64,000 bases of DNA, taken from contig CAZFTR010000002.1 in the NCBI GenBank assembly GCA_964522405.1, positions 72,032-136,031 of the forward strand, read 5' to 3'. This DNA comes from an uncultured Gammaproteobacteria bacterium. Its GTDB lineage: Bacteria; Patescibacteriota; Patescibacteriia; Magasanikbacterales; UBA922. Below are positions 1 to 9,913 of this stretch, piece by piece. The notes beneath the pieces were generated by a model, which searched no databases, was not told where the DNA came from, and saw nothing but the letters and a program-made list of their open reading frames with translations. The position numbers were made by a program, and so were the translations under genes. Every line of letters starts with the position of its first letter. The first letter of the stretch is position 1.

Positions 1-120
1 ATAGCTTTTTTAATTGATACTGAAACTCAAAATGAGCAAGAGTTAAAATCTAAAATAAATTATCTTAAAAATAAATTTTTACTTTCAACAGAAGATCTGG
101 TTCCGATTTGTGACAATGAA

Positions 121-1260
121 ATGAGGATTTTAAGCATGTCTACCATAGAGGCGCTCTTACACGCAGAAGATCAAAGAAAAAATTTACTGGAACGATCAGA
201 AACAATCAATTCTGTAAAAGATGTTTGCATTATTGGTGGTGGGGGATACCTAGGTACGGTTTTAGCAGAAAAACTTTTAGCGCTGGGTTACAATGTAAAG
301 ATTTTTGATTGTTTTGTTTTTGGAAAAGAGGCAGTAGAAAAATTAAAAAAAGCAGTATTAGGAAAGGAAGAATTTGGTAAATTGGATATTTATGAAGGTG
401 ATATGAGAAGTACCTCTGATCTGGTAAATGTTCTAGAGGGAGCTGATGCCGCTGTACTACTCGGTGCCGTAGTTGGAGATCCGGCTTCAACAAAATACCC
501 AATATCAACTTTTGAAGTAAACTATCTTGCTGCTCAAACTATTGCAGAGATTTGCGCTTATCTAAATATAAATCGTTTTATTTTTGCTTCAACTTGTTCT
601 GTCTATGGTCATAGCGAAACAAATTCGGCGTTGGATGAAAGCGCAAAATTAAATCCGGTTTCTCACTATGCACGCACCAAGATAAATGCTGAAAAAGCAG
701 TATTAAGACTTGATTCTTCCAATTTTGCGCCAACAATTTTGCGTATGTCTACTCTCTATGGTCCGTCCTTTAGAATGAGATATGATCTAGTAGTTAATAC
801 TATGATGATGAGAGGAATAGCTAATAAGAAAATAACAGTTTTTGGAGGAAAACAATGGAGACCGCTCTTGTCAGTAGATGATGCTGCCGAAGCTTATGTT
901 TCAGTTATAAAAGCAGATATTGGTAAGGTCAAAAGACAGGTTTTCAATGTTGGTGATGAGAGAGAAAATTATCAAATAATTGATCTTGGAAAAATGATTG
1001 GAAAATTTCTCAAAGACAAGGGAAGAGAAATTGAAGTTGAAATAGTGGAGCATGATGTTGATGAAAGAGATTACAAGGTTTCATTTGAAAAGATTAAATC
1101 AGAGCTCGGTTATAGTGTGAAAGATTCTGTTGAAGACACCTTGGAAGAATTGTATCAGAGGGTAATGGATCAATTTGAAAAAGACCTGATTTCTGATGCT
1201 TCAAATTACAATGTTCAGAATGAATTTAAGACTGATGTCAGAGGGGGATTTTTAGAATAA
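121..1260 (+). CDS. NAD-dependent epimerase/dehydratase (SDR family, nucleotide-sugar modifying)
   Basis: Rossmann motif GGGGYLGTVLAEKLL and a YxxxK-type SDR fold. It is the first gene of the glycan cluster. Confidence 0.8.
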   Translation: MRILSMSTIEALLHAEDQRKNLLERSETINSVKDVCIIGGGGYLGTVLAEKLLALGYNVKIFDCFVFGKEAVEKLKKAVLGKEEFGKLDIYEGDMRSTSDLVNVLEGADAAVLLGAVVGDPASTKYPISTFEVNYLAAQTIAEICAYLNINRFIFASTCSVYGHSETNSALDESAKLNPVSHYARTKINAEKAVLRLDSSNFAPTILRMSTLYGPSFRMRYDLVVNTMMMRGIANKKITVFGGKQWRPLLSVDDAAEAYVSVIKADIGKVKRQVFNVGDERENYQIIDLGKMIGKFLKDKGREIEVEIVEHDVDERDYKVSFEKIKSELGYSVKDSVEDTLEELYQRVMDQFEKDLISDASNYNVQNEFKTDVRGGFLE

Positions 1261-1266
1261 TTTTTT

Positions 1267-2196
1267 ATGGATTTCAAAAAAATAATGGTAACCGGAGGTT
1301 CAGGGTTTATAGGTTCGCATCTTGTTGATCTTTTGATTGAAAGGGGATATGAAGTTTATATTTATGATATTGCTGAGCCTCAGTATAAAAATGATTTTAC
1401 TTATATAAAAGGAGATATTCTCGACCTCGACGCTCTTATAAAAGCATCAAAAGAAATGGATGCTATTTATCACCTGGCAGCTGAGGCAAATGTTAATTAT
1501 TATCATCAGGCACCGAGAGAGTCAACTATTCTTAATACTATCGGCACCATAAATGTTCTAGAAGCAGCTCGAGAAAACAGTGTAAAAAGAGTTTTGTTTG
1601 CCTCAACAGAATGGGTTTACCAGGGATCAAAAGAATCAGTGGTAGATGAAGAAACTCAGTTATATCCAAATGCGCCAGATCATATCTATACTTCATCAAA
1701 AATTGCTTCAGAATTATATTTGGTAAATTATCAAAAACTCTATGATGTTAATTATACAATTATAAGATTTGGAATTCCTTTTGGAGAGAGAGCCAGACCA
1801 CAGACAGTTACTCCAATTTTTATTTTGAGAGCATTGAAAAATGAACAAATAACTGTTGATGGAGATGAGGGTAATTTTAGACAATTTATTTATATAGATG
1901 ATCTGGTGAGGGGTTGCGCTGATTGTCTTCAAGACTCAGGAAAAAATCAGATTATTAATATCAACGGATCACAGAAGATAAAAATAGTTGATATTATTGA
2001 AAATTTAGAAAAAATCATGGATAGGAAAATTGATTATAAAGTGGATACAGATAGAGCTGGAAACTACAAAGGAAGAATAGTCAAAAGTGAGAAAGCAAAA
2101 GAGCTTCTTGGCTGGTATCCTCAGTTTTCTTATGAAAAAGCTTTAAATAAATACTATAATTGGTATTTGGAAAATGTTTGGCAAAAGAATAATTAA
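1267..2196 (+). CDS. NAD-dependent epimerase/dehydratase (UDP-glucose 4-epimerase-like)
   Basis: GGSGFIGSHLVDLL Rossmann motif at the N-terminus. It is tightly spaced after the previous gene. Confidence 0.8.
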   Translation: MDFKKIMVTGGSGFIGSHLVDLLIERGYEVYIYDIAEPQYKNDFTYIKGDILDLDALIKASKEMDAIYHLAAEANVNYYHQAPRESTILNTIGTINVLEAARENSVKRVLFASTEWVYQGSKESVVDEETQLYPNAPDHIYTSSKIASELYLVNYQKLYDVNYTIIRFGIPFGERARPQTVTPIFILRALKNEQITVDGDEGNFRQFIYIDDLVRGCADCLQDSGKNQIININGSQKIKIVDIIENLEKIMDRKIDYKVDTDRAGNYKGRIVKSEKAKELLGWYPQFSYEKALNKYYNWYLENVWQKNN

Positions 2197-2211
2197 TTTT
2201 AGATTATAAAT

Positions 2212-3243
2212 ATGATAATTCCATTTGAAAAAGAATACAGAGATGAATATTACACTTTGCTTGATCAAGTATTTGATAGTAATTACCTGTCTCATGGAAG
2301 TATGAATGCCAAGTTTGAGCAAGTTTTTTCTGATTATACTGGTCTTAAATCAGTAACAATATCAAGTGGAGGTACAGGTCTTTTGGCGCTTCTAAACTAT
2401 GTTGATGTAAAAGGAAAAGATGTGATTGTTCCTACAAACACTTTTATTGCCACACCAAATTCAGTTAAGCTGGCTGGGGGAAATGTTGTTTTTGCTGATT
2501 GTAAACGCGAAGACTTATGTATTGGTGTTGAAGAGATCAAAAAAGCCTTAACTCCAAATACAAAAGCAGTGATAGTTGTTCATATTGGCGGACATTTATC
2601 ATTTGATATATTTGAAATAGAAAAATTTTGTAAGGAAAATGATCTTTATCTGATCGAGGATTGCGCTCATGCGCATGGCGCCACTTACAAGGGTAGAGTT
2701 GCCGGTAGTTTTGGAGTGGGTGGATCTTATAGTTTTTACGCAACTAAAACCATGCCTATGGGAGAGGGTGGTATGATTGTGAGTCAGAATCAAGAGGTGA
2801 TTGATTTTGTAAATTTATATAAAAATTATGGAAAAACCGCTGATCAGACAGGAAAATTAATTTATCCGGTTGAAGGATTTAATTTTCGCATGAGTGAAAT
2901 AATGGCAGCATTTGGAATTGTGCAAATGGAAAGGCTCCCAAAAATGATTGAGTGGAAAAGAAAATTAGCCAAAAAATATGATCAATTATTTGATCAAACA
3001 AAACGCATGGTTATGCCCGAAGGTATGAATTCTGGATATTATAAATATATTGTTTTTGATCATGATCTCAAAGAAGTAACAGGTGCTGTGTTTGATGATC
3101 TTTGTCATGATATTATGAAAGTTCCCGGGGATTTTCCAAATTCTGAATGGATTAAAACTCATCATTTTTGTCCACCAATATATTTTGGTTGGGAACACTC
3201 ACAAGAAGATATTGAAACACTTAGAAAAATATTATTAGCTTAG
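2212..3243 (+). CDS. DegT/DnrJ/EryC1/StrS family sugar aminotransferase (PLP-dependent)
   Basis: Conserved SFYATKTMPMGEGG lysine region typical of the DegT family, with a length of about 340 aa. Confidence 0.8.
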   Translation: MIIPFEKEYRDEYYTLLDQVFDSNYLSHGSMNAKFEQVFSDYTGLKSVTISSGGTGLLALLNYVDVKGKDVIVPTNTFIATPNSVKLAGGNVVFADCKREDLCIGVEEIKKALTPNTKAVIVVHIGGHLSFDIFEIEKFCKENDLYLIEDCAHAHGATYKGRVAGSFGVGGSYSFYATKTMPMGEGGMIVSQNQEVIDFVNLYKNYGKTADQTGKLIYPVEGFNFRMSEIMAAFGIVQMERLPKMIEWKRKLAKKYDQLFDQTKRMVMPEGMNSGYYKYIVFDHDLKEVTGAVFDDLCHDIMKVPGDFPNSEWIKTHHFCPPIYFGWEHSQEDIETLRKILLA

Positions 3244-3247
3244 TTTT

Positions 3248-4045
3248 ATGATCAAAAAGATTTTGAAAAAAACTTTTGGAAAATTGGGATATGATCTCAC
3301 TTCAAAAAAAGTCCAAGAAAGAAAATCTATCAAAGGAGCTCTCAAGCAAATAGCTAAATTTTGGAGTCCAGATACTGTTATTGATGTTGGAGCTGCTTTT
3401 GGTAAGTGGAGCCTAGAAGCTAATAAGGTTTTTGAAAACTCAGATTATATTTTGCTTGAGCCAGTAGAAGAATATCAAAAAGTTTTAAAAGACTTGGAAA
3501 ATCAAAACAAGAGATTTAAATATCTAAAACTTGGCGCAAACTCAAAGCAAGGTGAATTTGAGTTTAATCTGCATGATGACTTGGTTGGTTCTTCTCTAAA
3601 AAAAGAGGTAGAAGGTGGAGATGTTGATGGAAAGTCAATAAAAATTAACTGTGACACTTTAGATAATATTTGCAAAGATCGCTTAGATAAAACTTTTTTA
3701 TTAAAATTGGATGTGCAGGGAGCAGAACTGGATGTGCTTGCAGGAGCTGAGCAAGTTCTTAGGCAAACAGAATGTTTAGTAATGGAAGTTTCACTTTTTA
3801 AATCATTTGAAGATGGTATTGATTTCTATGATGTGGTTAAATATATGAAAGAAAGAGATTTTGTTTTGTATGACATTTTTTCTTTTTTATACAGACCATA
3901 CGATGATGCGCTTTGCCAGGTGGATGCGATTTTTGTAAAAGAAAATGGTACTTTTAGAAAATTTCATGGATATGCAACAGAAGAGCAGCGCAAAGTACAA
4001 AATCAAAAATTTCTAGAAAAAAATTCTAATATTTTAAATAAGTAA
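3248..4045 (+). CDS. FkbM family methyltransferase
   Basis: VIDVGAAFGKWS SAM motif and LKLDVQGAELDVLAGAE, the FkbM-type signature. Confidence 0.7.
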   Translation: MIKKILKKTFGKLGYDLTSKKVQERKSIKGALKQIAKFWSPDTVIDVGAAFGKWSLEANKVFENSDYILLEPVEEYQKVLKDLENQNKRFKYLKLGANSKQGEFEFNLHDDLVGSSLKKEVEGGDVDGKSIKINCDTLDNICKDRLDKTFLLKLDVQGAELDVLAGAEQVLRQTECLVMEVSLFKSFEDGIDFYDVVKYMKERDFVLYDIFSFLYRPYDDALCQVDAIFVKENGTFRKFHGYATEEQRKVQNQKFLEKNSNILNK

Positions 4046-4049
4046 AATT

Positions 4050-5363
4050 ATGAGTAGAAAAGTATCAATAATCGGACTTGGCAAGCTGGGGAGCTGTATG
4101 GCAGCAGCTTATGCCAGCAAAGGTCATGAGATTATTGGAGTAGATATAAATAGTGATTTTGTTGATAAGGTCAATAAGGGACAGGCTCCGGTAAAAGAAA
4201 AAGATCTTGATAAATATATTTCAGAAAACAGCTCAAAGATTGAGGCAACTCAGGATTTTGAATATGCAATTACAAATACTGATATAACTTTTATCATTGT
4301 TCCCACACCAACAGATAAGTCAGGTGGTTTTTCAGTTGAATATGTAGAAAAAGCATGTGAAGATATTGGAAAAGCTTTATCAAAAAAAGATAGTTATCAT
4401 CTGGTGATTTTGACCAGTACGGTTTTGCCAACTGATTCAGAAGAAAAGATAATTCCAATTTTAGAAAAGTTTTCAGGAAAAAAATGCGGAGTTGATTTTG
4501 GATATTGTTATAGCCCTGAATTTATTGCCATTGGAACTGTTCTTCGAGATTTATTAAATCCTGATTTTTTTCTGGTGGGTGAGTTTGACCAAAAGTCTGG
4601 GGATTTGCTGGAAAAATTTTACAGTACAGTTTCAGATAATGGATCTTCTTGTCGGAGAATGAATATAGCAAGTGCTGAGCTTACTAAAATTAGTGTAAAT
4701 TCTTTTCTGACCATGAAAATTACTTATGCAAATATGCTTGCTGAAATTGCTGAAAATATTCCCGGAGTAGATGTTGATGATGTTACCGGAGCTATTGGAA
4801 GTGATATTAGAATTGGAAAGCATTATCTCAAAGGTGGTTTAGGTTTTGGTGGTCCATGTTTTCCAAGAGATAATAGGGCTTTTGCATATATGGCAGAGAA
4901 CAGAGGTATAAAAGTTCCTTATGCAGCCAAAACAGATGAATACAACAAACATATAATCCAAAGAAGTGTTGAGCTTGTAAAAAATTCTGCAGAAAAAGAT
5001 TTAAAAATAGGAATTCTAGGAATGAGCTATAAAACCGGAACCAGTTTTTCAGAGGAATCTCAATCACTGCTAATTGCCAAACAATTATCTTCAGATGGTT
5101 ACACTGTCAATGTTTTTGAGCCATTTGGAAATGATCATGCAGAGTATCTTTTGGGTGATTTGGTTAATTATTCAGAAAGTATTGAAGATTGTTTAAATAA
5201 TTCAGATTTGCTTTTTGTGGCTGCGCTTGATAGTAGTTATTCAGATTTGCCTGAATTATTAAAGAATTCAAATATTAAAATATTGATAGATCCTTGGAGG
5301 CAGTTCACTGAATTACAGAATGAGGAGAATATCAAATATATACCTTTTGGACTCAGCTTATGA
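4050..5363 (+). CDS. UDP-glucose/GDP-mannose dehydrogenase family protein (nucleotide-sugar dehydrogenase)
   Basis: N-terminal IIGLGKLGS NAD fold and catalytic GGLGFGGPCFPRD motif. It overlaps the next gene by ATGA. Confidence 0.8.
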   Translation: MSRKVSIIGLGKLGSCMAAAYASKGHEIIGVDINSDFVDKVNKGQAPVKEKDLDKYISENSSKIEATQDFEYAITNTDITFIIVPTPTDKSGGFSVEYVEKACEDIGKALSKKDSYHLVILTSTVLPTDSEEKIIPILEKFSGKKCGVDFGYCYSPEFIAIGTVLRDLLNPDFFLVGEFDQKSGDLLEKFYSTVSDNGSSCRRMNIASAELTKISVNSFLTMKITYANMLAEIAENIPGVDVDDVTGAIGSDIRIGKHYLKGGLGFGGPCFPRDNRAFAYMAENRGIKVPYAAKTDEYNKHIIQRSVELVKNSAEKDLKIGILGMSYKTGTSFSEESQSLLIAKQLSSDGYTVNVFEPFGNDHAEYLLGDLVNYSESIEDCLNNSDLLFVAALDSSYSDLPELLKNSNIKILIDPWRQFTELQNEENIKYIPFGLSL

Positions 5364-6250
5364 AATACCCAAAAATATCCTTTGTAACAGTTTGCTATAA
5401 TCATGCAGATTATATTGCTGAAACAATTGAATCAGTATTAAACCAAAATTATCCAAATCTGGAATATATTGTTATTGATGACGGAAGTACTGATAACAGT
5501 TGGGAAATAATTCAGAAATACAAAGACAAATTAACTTATTGTCAGAAAATGGAAGGATATAGAGATACTCCCACGGTCGCTATCAATTATGCCTTTTCAA
5601 AAACTAGTGGAGAGATAATGGGCTGGCTAAATAGTGATGATATTTTACTTCCCAATTGTTTGTCGAGTGTACAAAAAGTCTTTGCAGATAATCCGGATAT
5701 AAATTGGATTACAGGAATGGCAAGCACTATAAATTCTAATTCATTACTGGTAAATTCAAAATTGCGTTTTAAAAATAGATACGATTATCTGATTGGGGAT
5801 TGGGCTGTGATACAACAAGAATCAACTTTTTGGCGTAGAGATTTATGGGAAAAGGCTGGATCAAAACTGGAAGGAAAATACAAATGGGCCTTTGATACAG
5901 AATTATGGACTAGATTTTTTATGCTTGATGAACATGTTCATGTCAGTGCTCCACTTGGTGCTTTTAGAAAAGGAATGCAAAGCAAAAGTGTGAGTGATCA
6001 AAAATCATTTACAGCTCCAACTGAAAAATATCTAAAAGAAATGAAACAAAAGATCGGTTTTTTATTAAAGTTAGATGTTGGGGTTTATTTTATTTGTAAA
6101 AAAATACTTTGGCCATTGTTTTATATCTTACCACATAGAGTGATTAAATATCTTCCATTTATAAAAAGATATGCTTATACCTTGCTGGAATATTCCTTTA
6201 AAGATGATAAATGGATTAAAAAAACAATAAACCCATTTCGAAGTAGATAA
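5360..6250 (+). CDS. glycosyltransferase family 2
   Basis: ISFVTVCYNHADYI...IVIDDGSTDNS GT-A fold signature. Confidence 0.75.
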   Translation: MKYPKISFVTVCYNHADYIAETIESVLNQNYPNLEYIVIDDGSTDNSWEIIQKYKDKLTYCQKMEGYRDTPTVAINYAFSKTSGEIMGWLNSDDILLPNCLSSVQKVFADNPDINWITGMASTINSNSLLVNSKLRFKNRYDYLIGDWAVIQQESTFWRRDLWEKAGSKLEGKYKWAFDTELWTRFFMLDEHVHVSAPLGAFRKGMQSKSVSDQKSFTAPTEKYLKEMKQKIGFLLKLDVGVYFICKKILWPLFYILPHRVIKYLPFIKRYAYTLLEYSFKDDKWIKKTINPFRSR

Positions 6251-6253
6251 GAT

Positions 6254-7090
6254 ATGAAGCCCTTAATTTCAGTAATAATTCCCTGTTATAATTCAGCTCA
6301 ATATGTAACCCATGCTATTGATGCTATTCTTTGTCAAACTTATCCTAACATTGAAATTATTTTAGTGGATGATAATAGTACAGATAATTTACAAGAAGTG
6401 GTGGAGTCTTATATAAAGACAGGAAAAATAATATATAAGAAAAATGAATTTGATGATCCGCTTAGGTACAATAAAGCTGGAAAAAATATCAATGCTGGAT
6501 TTTCAGCTAGAAATTTTGGAGTAAGTATTGCCAAGGGTGAGTTGATCACTTTTCAAGATGCAGATGATGGATCCTGTTCCAATAGGTTAGAAGTTCAGTA
6601 CCATATAATGCAAAAATACAATTCCCATCATGTAAATGTTGATTGGCAGGAATATCAAGATAAATTGAATTGTAAAAAATTAGATTATGAGATTCAAGAA
6701 ACTGATATTATTAGCTCAAAAGAAATTTTAAAGTTTTATTATAAATCAAGAAAAGGTTTGTTTAAAAAACCTTTTGGAAAAAATGAAGATCAAAATCCTA
6801 TAGAAAAATTCATCAGGAGAGTTGACAGAAAGTTTTTTCGAGATTGGCCTTCTTATCCCACCGCAGCAAGTATGCCTCTTCTTAAAAAGGAAGTATTTGA
6901 AAAATGTAATTTTAGACAGTTGTACGACAGAACCATGCCTTCTTGGCGGGGTAGAGGAACTGATTGTGATTTTAATTTTTGGGTGGCGGCTACATTTAAA
7001 AACAGTATTGCCGTAAAAATACCCCTCATACTCTGGAGAGCCGGTGCTCAGAATCCCGAGTATATTGATAATAAATATAAACCATTATAA
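6254..7090 (+). CDS. glycosyltransferase family 2
   Basis: ISVIIPCYNSAQYV...ILVDDNSTDN GT-A signature. Confidence 0.75.
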   Translation: MKPLISVIIPCYNSAQYVTHAIDAILCQTYPNIEIILVDDNSTDNLQEVVESYIKTGKIIYKKNEFDDPLRYNKAGKNINAGFSARNFGVSIAKGELITFQDADDGSCSNRLEVQYHIMQKYNSHHVNVDWQEYQDKLNCKKLDYEIQETDIISSKEILKFYYKSRKGLFKKPFGKNEDQNPIEKFIRRVDRKFFRDWPSYPTAASMPLLKKEVFEKCNFRQLYDRTMPSWRGRGTDCDFNFWVAATFKNSIAVKIPLILWRAGAQNPEYIDNKYKPL

Positions 7091-7094
7091 GCAT

Positions 7095-8822
7095 ATGTGT
7101 GGAATAATGGGGATATTTGGAGAAAGAGTTTACACAGACAAAATTTTTTTTTCAGAAATAGCAAAAAATTTGAACAGACGAGGTCCGGATGCTGAAGGTT
7201 TTTTTTATTCAGATAATTGTTATCTTGGACATAAGAGATTGAGTATTATTGATTTGAAATCAGGAGCCCAACCTATGCATTCAGAAAATAATAGATATGT
7301 AATTAGTTTCAACGGGGAAATTTACAATTTTAAAAAATTAAAAAAAGAATTGGATAATTACAAGTTTACTACTAATTCTGATACTGAAGTTTTACTTGCG
7401 TCATATAAGCAATTTGGTGAAAAGATGTTAGATAAGATCGAAGGAATGTATGCTTTTGCAATATATGATAAAAAAGAAAACTCTATTTTTCTGGCGCGGG
7501 ATCCACTGGGAATTAAACCTTTGGTTTACGCAAATATAGATGGAAAATTTGTCTTTGCCTCAGAAATAAAAGCTCTTTTGCCTTTTTTTCGGCAAAAATT
7601 AAATATAGATGAACAGGCTGTTTTTGATTTTTTTTGTCTGAAATATATTCCTGCGCCAAGAACAATTTACCGGGAGATAAAAAAACTTTCAGCAGGCTCA
7701 TATATAAAACTGAATTTAAATAGTGTAGATAAGATTAGCCAAATTAAATATTGGCAACCTGAATATAGTAGTGAGCATTTAGAAAATGTAAATATAGATA
7801 AACTAAGAGAGATGTTTTTAAAGACAGTTGAGGATCATTTAATCTCAGACGTGGAAATAGGCGCTTTTTTAAGTGGTGGGATTGATTCCACATCCATAGT
7901 TTGGGCTATGAAAGAGCTGGGAATTGAGCCAAATACATTTACAGTAGGTTTTTCTCAATTTACTAATGATAAGGATATTGAGTATTCGAAGTTGGTAGCA
8001 AAGCATTTTGGAACTAATCACCGGGAACTTAGTATTGGTACAAGTGAATATGTAACTGATGCTCGAGAGATGGTGGAATACTTTGATGAGCCATTTGCAG
8101 ATCCGGCTAGCATTTCAAATTGGTATGTTGCTAAAGCTACGTCAGAACATGTAAAGGTGGTTTTATCTGGTGACGGGGGAGATGAGTTATTTTTCGGATA
8201 TAATATATATAGTAAATTTTACAAAAAAAATATTATTAGCAGGCTTTTAAATCGAAATATAAATATCTTAGAAAATTATTTTGGATTTGATATGGATTCT
8301 AATCAAGAATTGTTAAACAGTGAAATTAAACTTCATTCTTTGTCAGATAAGATCGGCAACAAGGATAAGGCGTTAGAGATGAGAAATTTTGATTTAAAAT
8401 ATACTTTACCGGAATATTATTTGCGTAAAACTGATGCCAGTAGCATGACTAATTCACTGGAAGTGAGGGTACCATTTTGTTATCGGCCATTTGTTGAAAA
8501 AGTCTTAAGAATTTCTTATCAGGATCATTTTGCCCATAATAAGGGCAAGGCAATTTTACGGAAAATGCTAGATGGGAAAATTCCTAAAGAAATAATTAAC
8601 AGAAAAAAACAGGGTTTTTCTCGACCTGTGCATCTTTTATTTAATGCTCAAAATCAAAAATTTTTAAAGCAGGTTCTGACTGGTTCAGGTTTATTTAATA
8701 CATCCATACTTGATTTGATTTTAGATTATAATAGAAAACAAAAAAAGCTTCATCCACTTTCTTGGCGATTATTAGTTTTTGCCTTTTGGTTTGATAAAAA
8801 TAAAAAAATAATAAATGTATGA
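7095..8822 (+). CDS. asnB: asparagine synthase (glutamine-hydrolysing)
   Basis: Start moved to Met-Cys (MCGIMGIF) because Cys2 is the Ntn-amidotransferase nucleophile. SGGIDSTS PP-loop is present, and the 7088-7090 stop of the upstream gene precedes it. Confidence 0.85.
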   Translation: MCGIMGIFGERVYTDKIFFSEIAKNLNRRGPDAEGFFYSDNCYLGHKRLSIIDLKSGAQPMHSENNRYVISFNGEIYNFKKLKKELDNYKFTTNSDTEVLLASYKQFGEKMLDKIEGMYAFAIYDKKENSIFLARDPLGIKPLVYANIDGKFVFASEIKALLPFFRQKLNIDEQAVFDFFCLKYIPAPRTIYREIKKLSAGSYIKLNLNSVDKISQIKYWQPEYSSEHLENVNIDKLREMFLKTVEDHLISDVEIGAFLSGGIDSTSIVWAMKELGIEPNTFTVGFSQFTNDKDIEYSKLVAKHFGTNHRELSIGTSEYVTDAREMVEYFDEPFADPASISNWYVAKATSEHVKVVLSGDGGDELFFGYNIYSKFYKKNIISRLLNRNINILENYFGFDMDSNQELLNSEIKLHSLSDKIGNKDKALEMRNFDLKYTLPEYYLRKTDASSMTNSLEVRVPFCYRPFVEKVLRISYQDHFAHNKGKAILRKMLDGKIPKEIINRKKQGFSRPVHLLFNAQNQKFLKQVLTGSGLFNTSILDLILDYNRKQKKLHPLSWRLLVFAFWFDKNKKIINV

Positions 8823-9904
8823 AGAATAAAATTTTATTTATTTACCGTTATGGCGATTTAGATAGCCGTATAAACCCGGATGGATCAATAAAACCACCTG
8901 GAGAGTTTTTTTGGGGTATGAAAGATCTAGATAGAGATAAGTTTGAAATATCTTTTATAAATGCGCCAAGACTTCAAAAAAGAGTTGGTATAAGGCGTTT
9001 GACTTGGTTTATTGAGTTTCCATTTGCCAAATTAACCAGAATTGGATTGCCAATTGAAATTTATCATCTTTTTAAAAAGGAAATTAAAGAGGCTGATCAA
9101 ATAGTATGTGTAAATGATCAAATAAGTTTGGGAGTTTTATCTGCAAGGCTTTTTGGGAAAATGAAGGACAAAAAGATTCACTGTATAGTTATGAGTTTGC
9201 AAGAGAGAATAAAATATTTTAGATTTATTCGTCCACTGGTCTGGTTTGTTTCTCTGCTTTTGCGACAGGCAGATACAATTTTATGTTTAACAGATTTTGT
9301 AAAATCAGATTTCAAAAAAGATTATAATCTAAAGAATACCAAATTGGAAACTTATCATTTTGGTATTGATAGTGATTTTTGGAAACCGGATGAGAATATC
9401 AAAACAGAAAATTTCATTTTATCAATTGGAAATGATATGAATCGAGATTATCAAACTTTGGTTAAGGCTCTGCCGGAACATATCAAATTAAAGATTATTA
9501 CCAGAAAAAAGATCGATACCAAAGGTAAGAATATTGAACTTTTATCAGGAATAAGTGATCAAGAGCTTAGAAATGTTTACAATCAGGCCTTATTTGTGAT
9601 TGTGCCCAGCATTAAGCTTAAAAATGAATCATCAGGCTTATCTTGTGCCTTACAAACTATGGCTTGCAAAAAAGCACTGATAATTTCAGATGCAGAAGCT
9701 CTAAAAGAACAATTTCAAGATCAAAAAGATTGTTTATTTTATCAAGCCCAAGATCCTCAAGATTTAGCCAAAAAAATTAGTTTTCTACTTGAAAATACTT
9801 CAAAAAGACAAGAATTTGCTGAAAATGGACATAAGTTGGCAACTCAAAAATATACTTGCAAAAATATGAGTAAAAGGTTAAACTATATCCTTAGTAACTA
9901 TTAA
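8819..9904 (+). CDS. glycosyltransferase, group 1-like
   Basis: C-terminal GT-B type region resembling GT4, with ATGA overlap to asnB. The call rests on weak family-level similarity. Confidence 0.55.
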   Translation: MKNKILFIYRYGDLDSRINPDGSIKPPGEFFWGMKDLDRDKFEISFINAPRLQKRVGIRRLTWFIEFPFAKLTRIGLPIEIYHLFKKEIKEADQIVCVNDQISLGVLSARLFGKMKDKKIHCIVMSLQERIKYFRFIRPLVWFVSLLLRQADTILCLTDFVKSDFKKDYNLKNTKLETYHFGIDSDFWKPDENIKTENFILSIGNDMNRDYQTLVKALPEHIKLKIITRKKIDTKGKNIELLSGISDQELRNVYNQALFVIVPSIKLKNESSGLSCALQTMACKKALIISDAEALKEQFQDQKDCLFYQAQDPQDLAKKISFLLENTSKRQEFAENGHKLATQKYTCKNMSKRLNYILSNY

Positions 9905-9913
9905 GAAAGCATT

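Noticed and set aside
7044-7094. Upstream start of asnB (MLRIPSILIININHYKHM...)
   Set aside because: Ntn amidotransferases require Cys as residue 2 after Met removal. MCGIMGIF begins at 7095 and the upstream GT2 stop is at 7088-7090.
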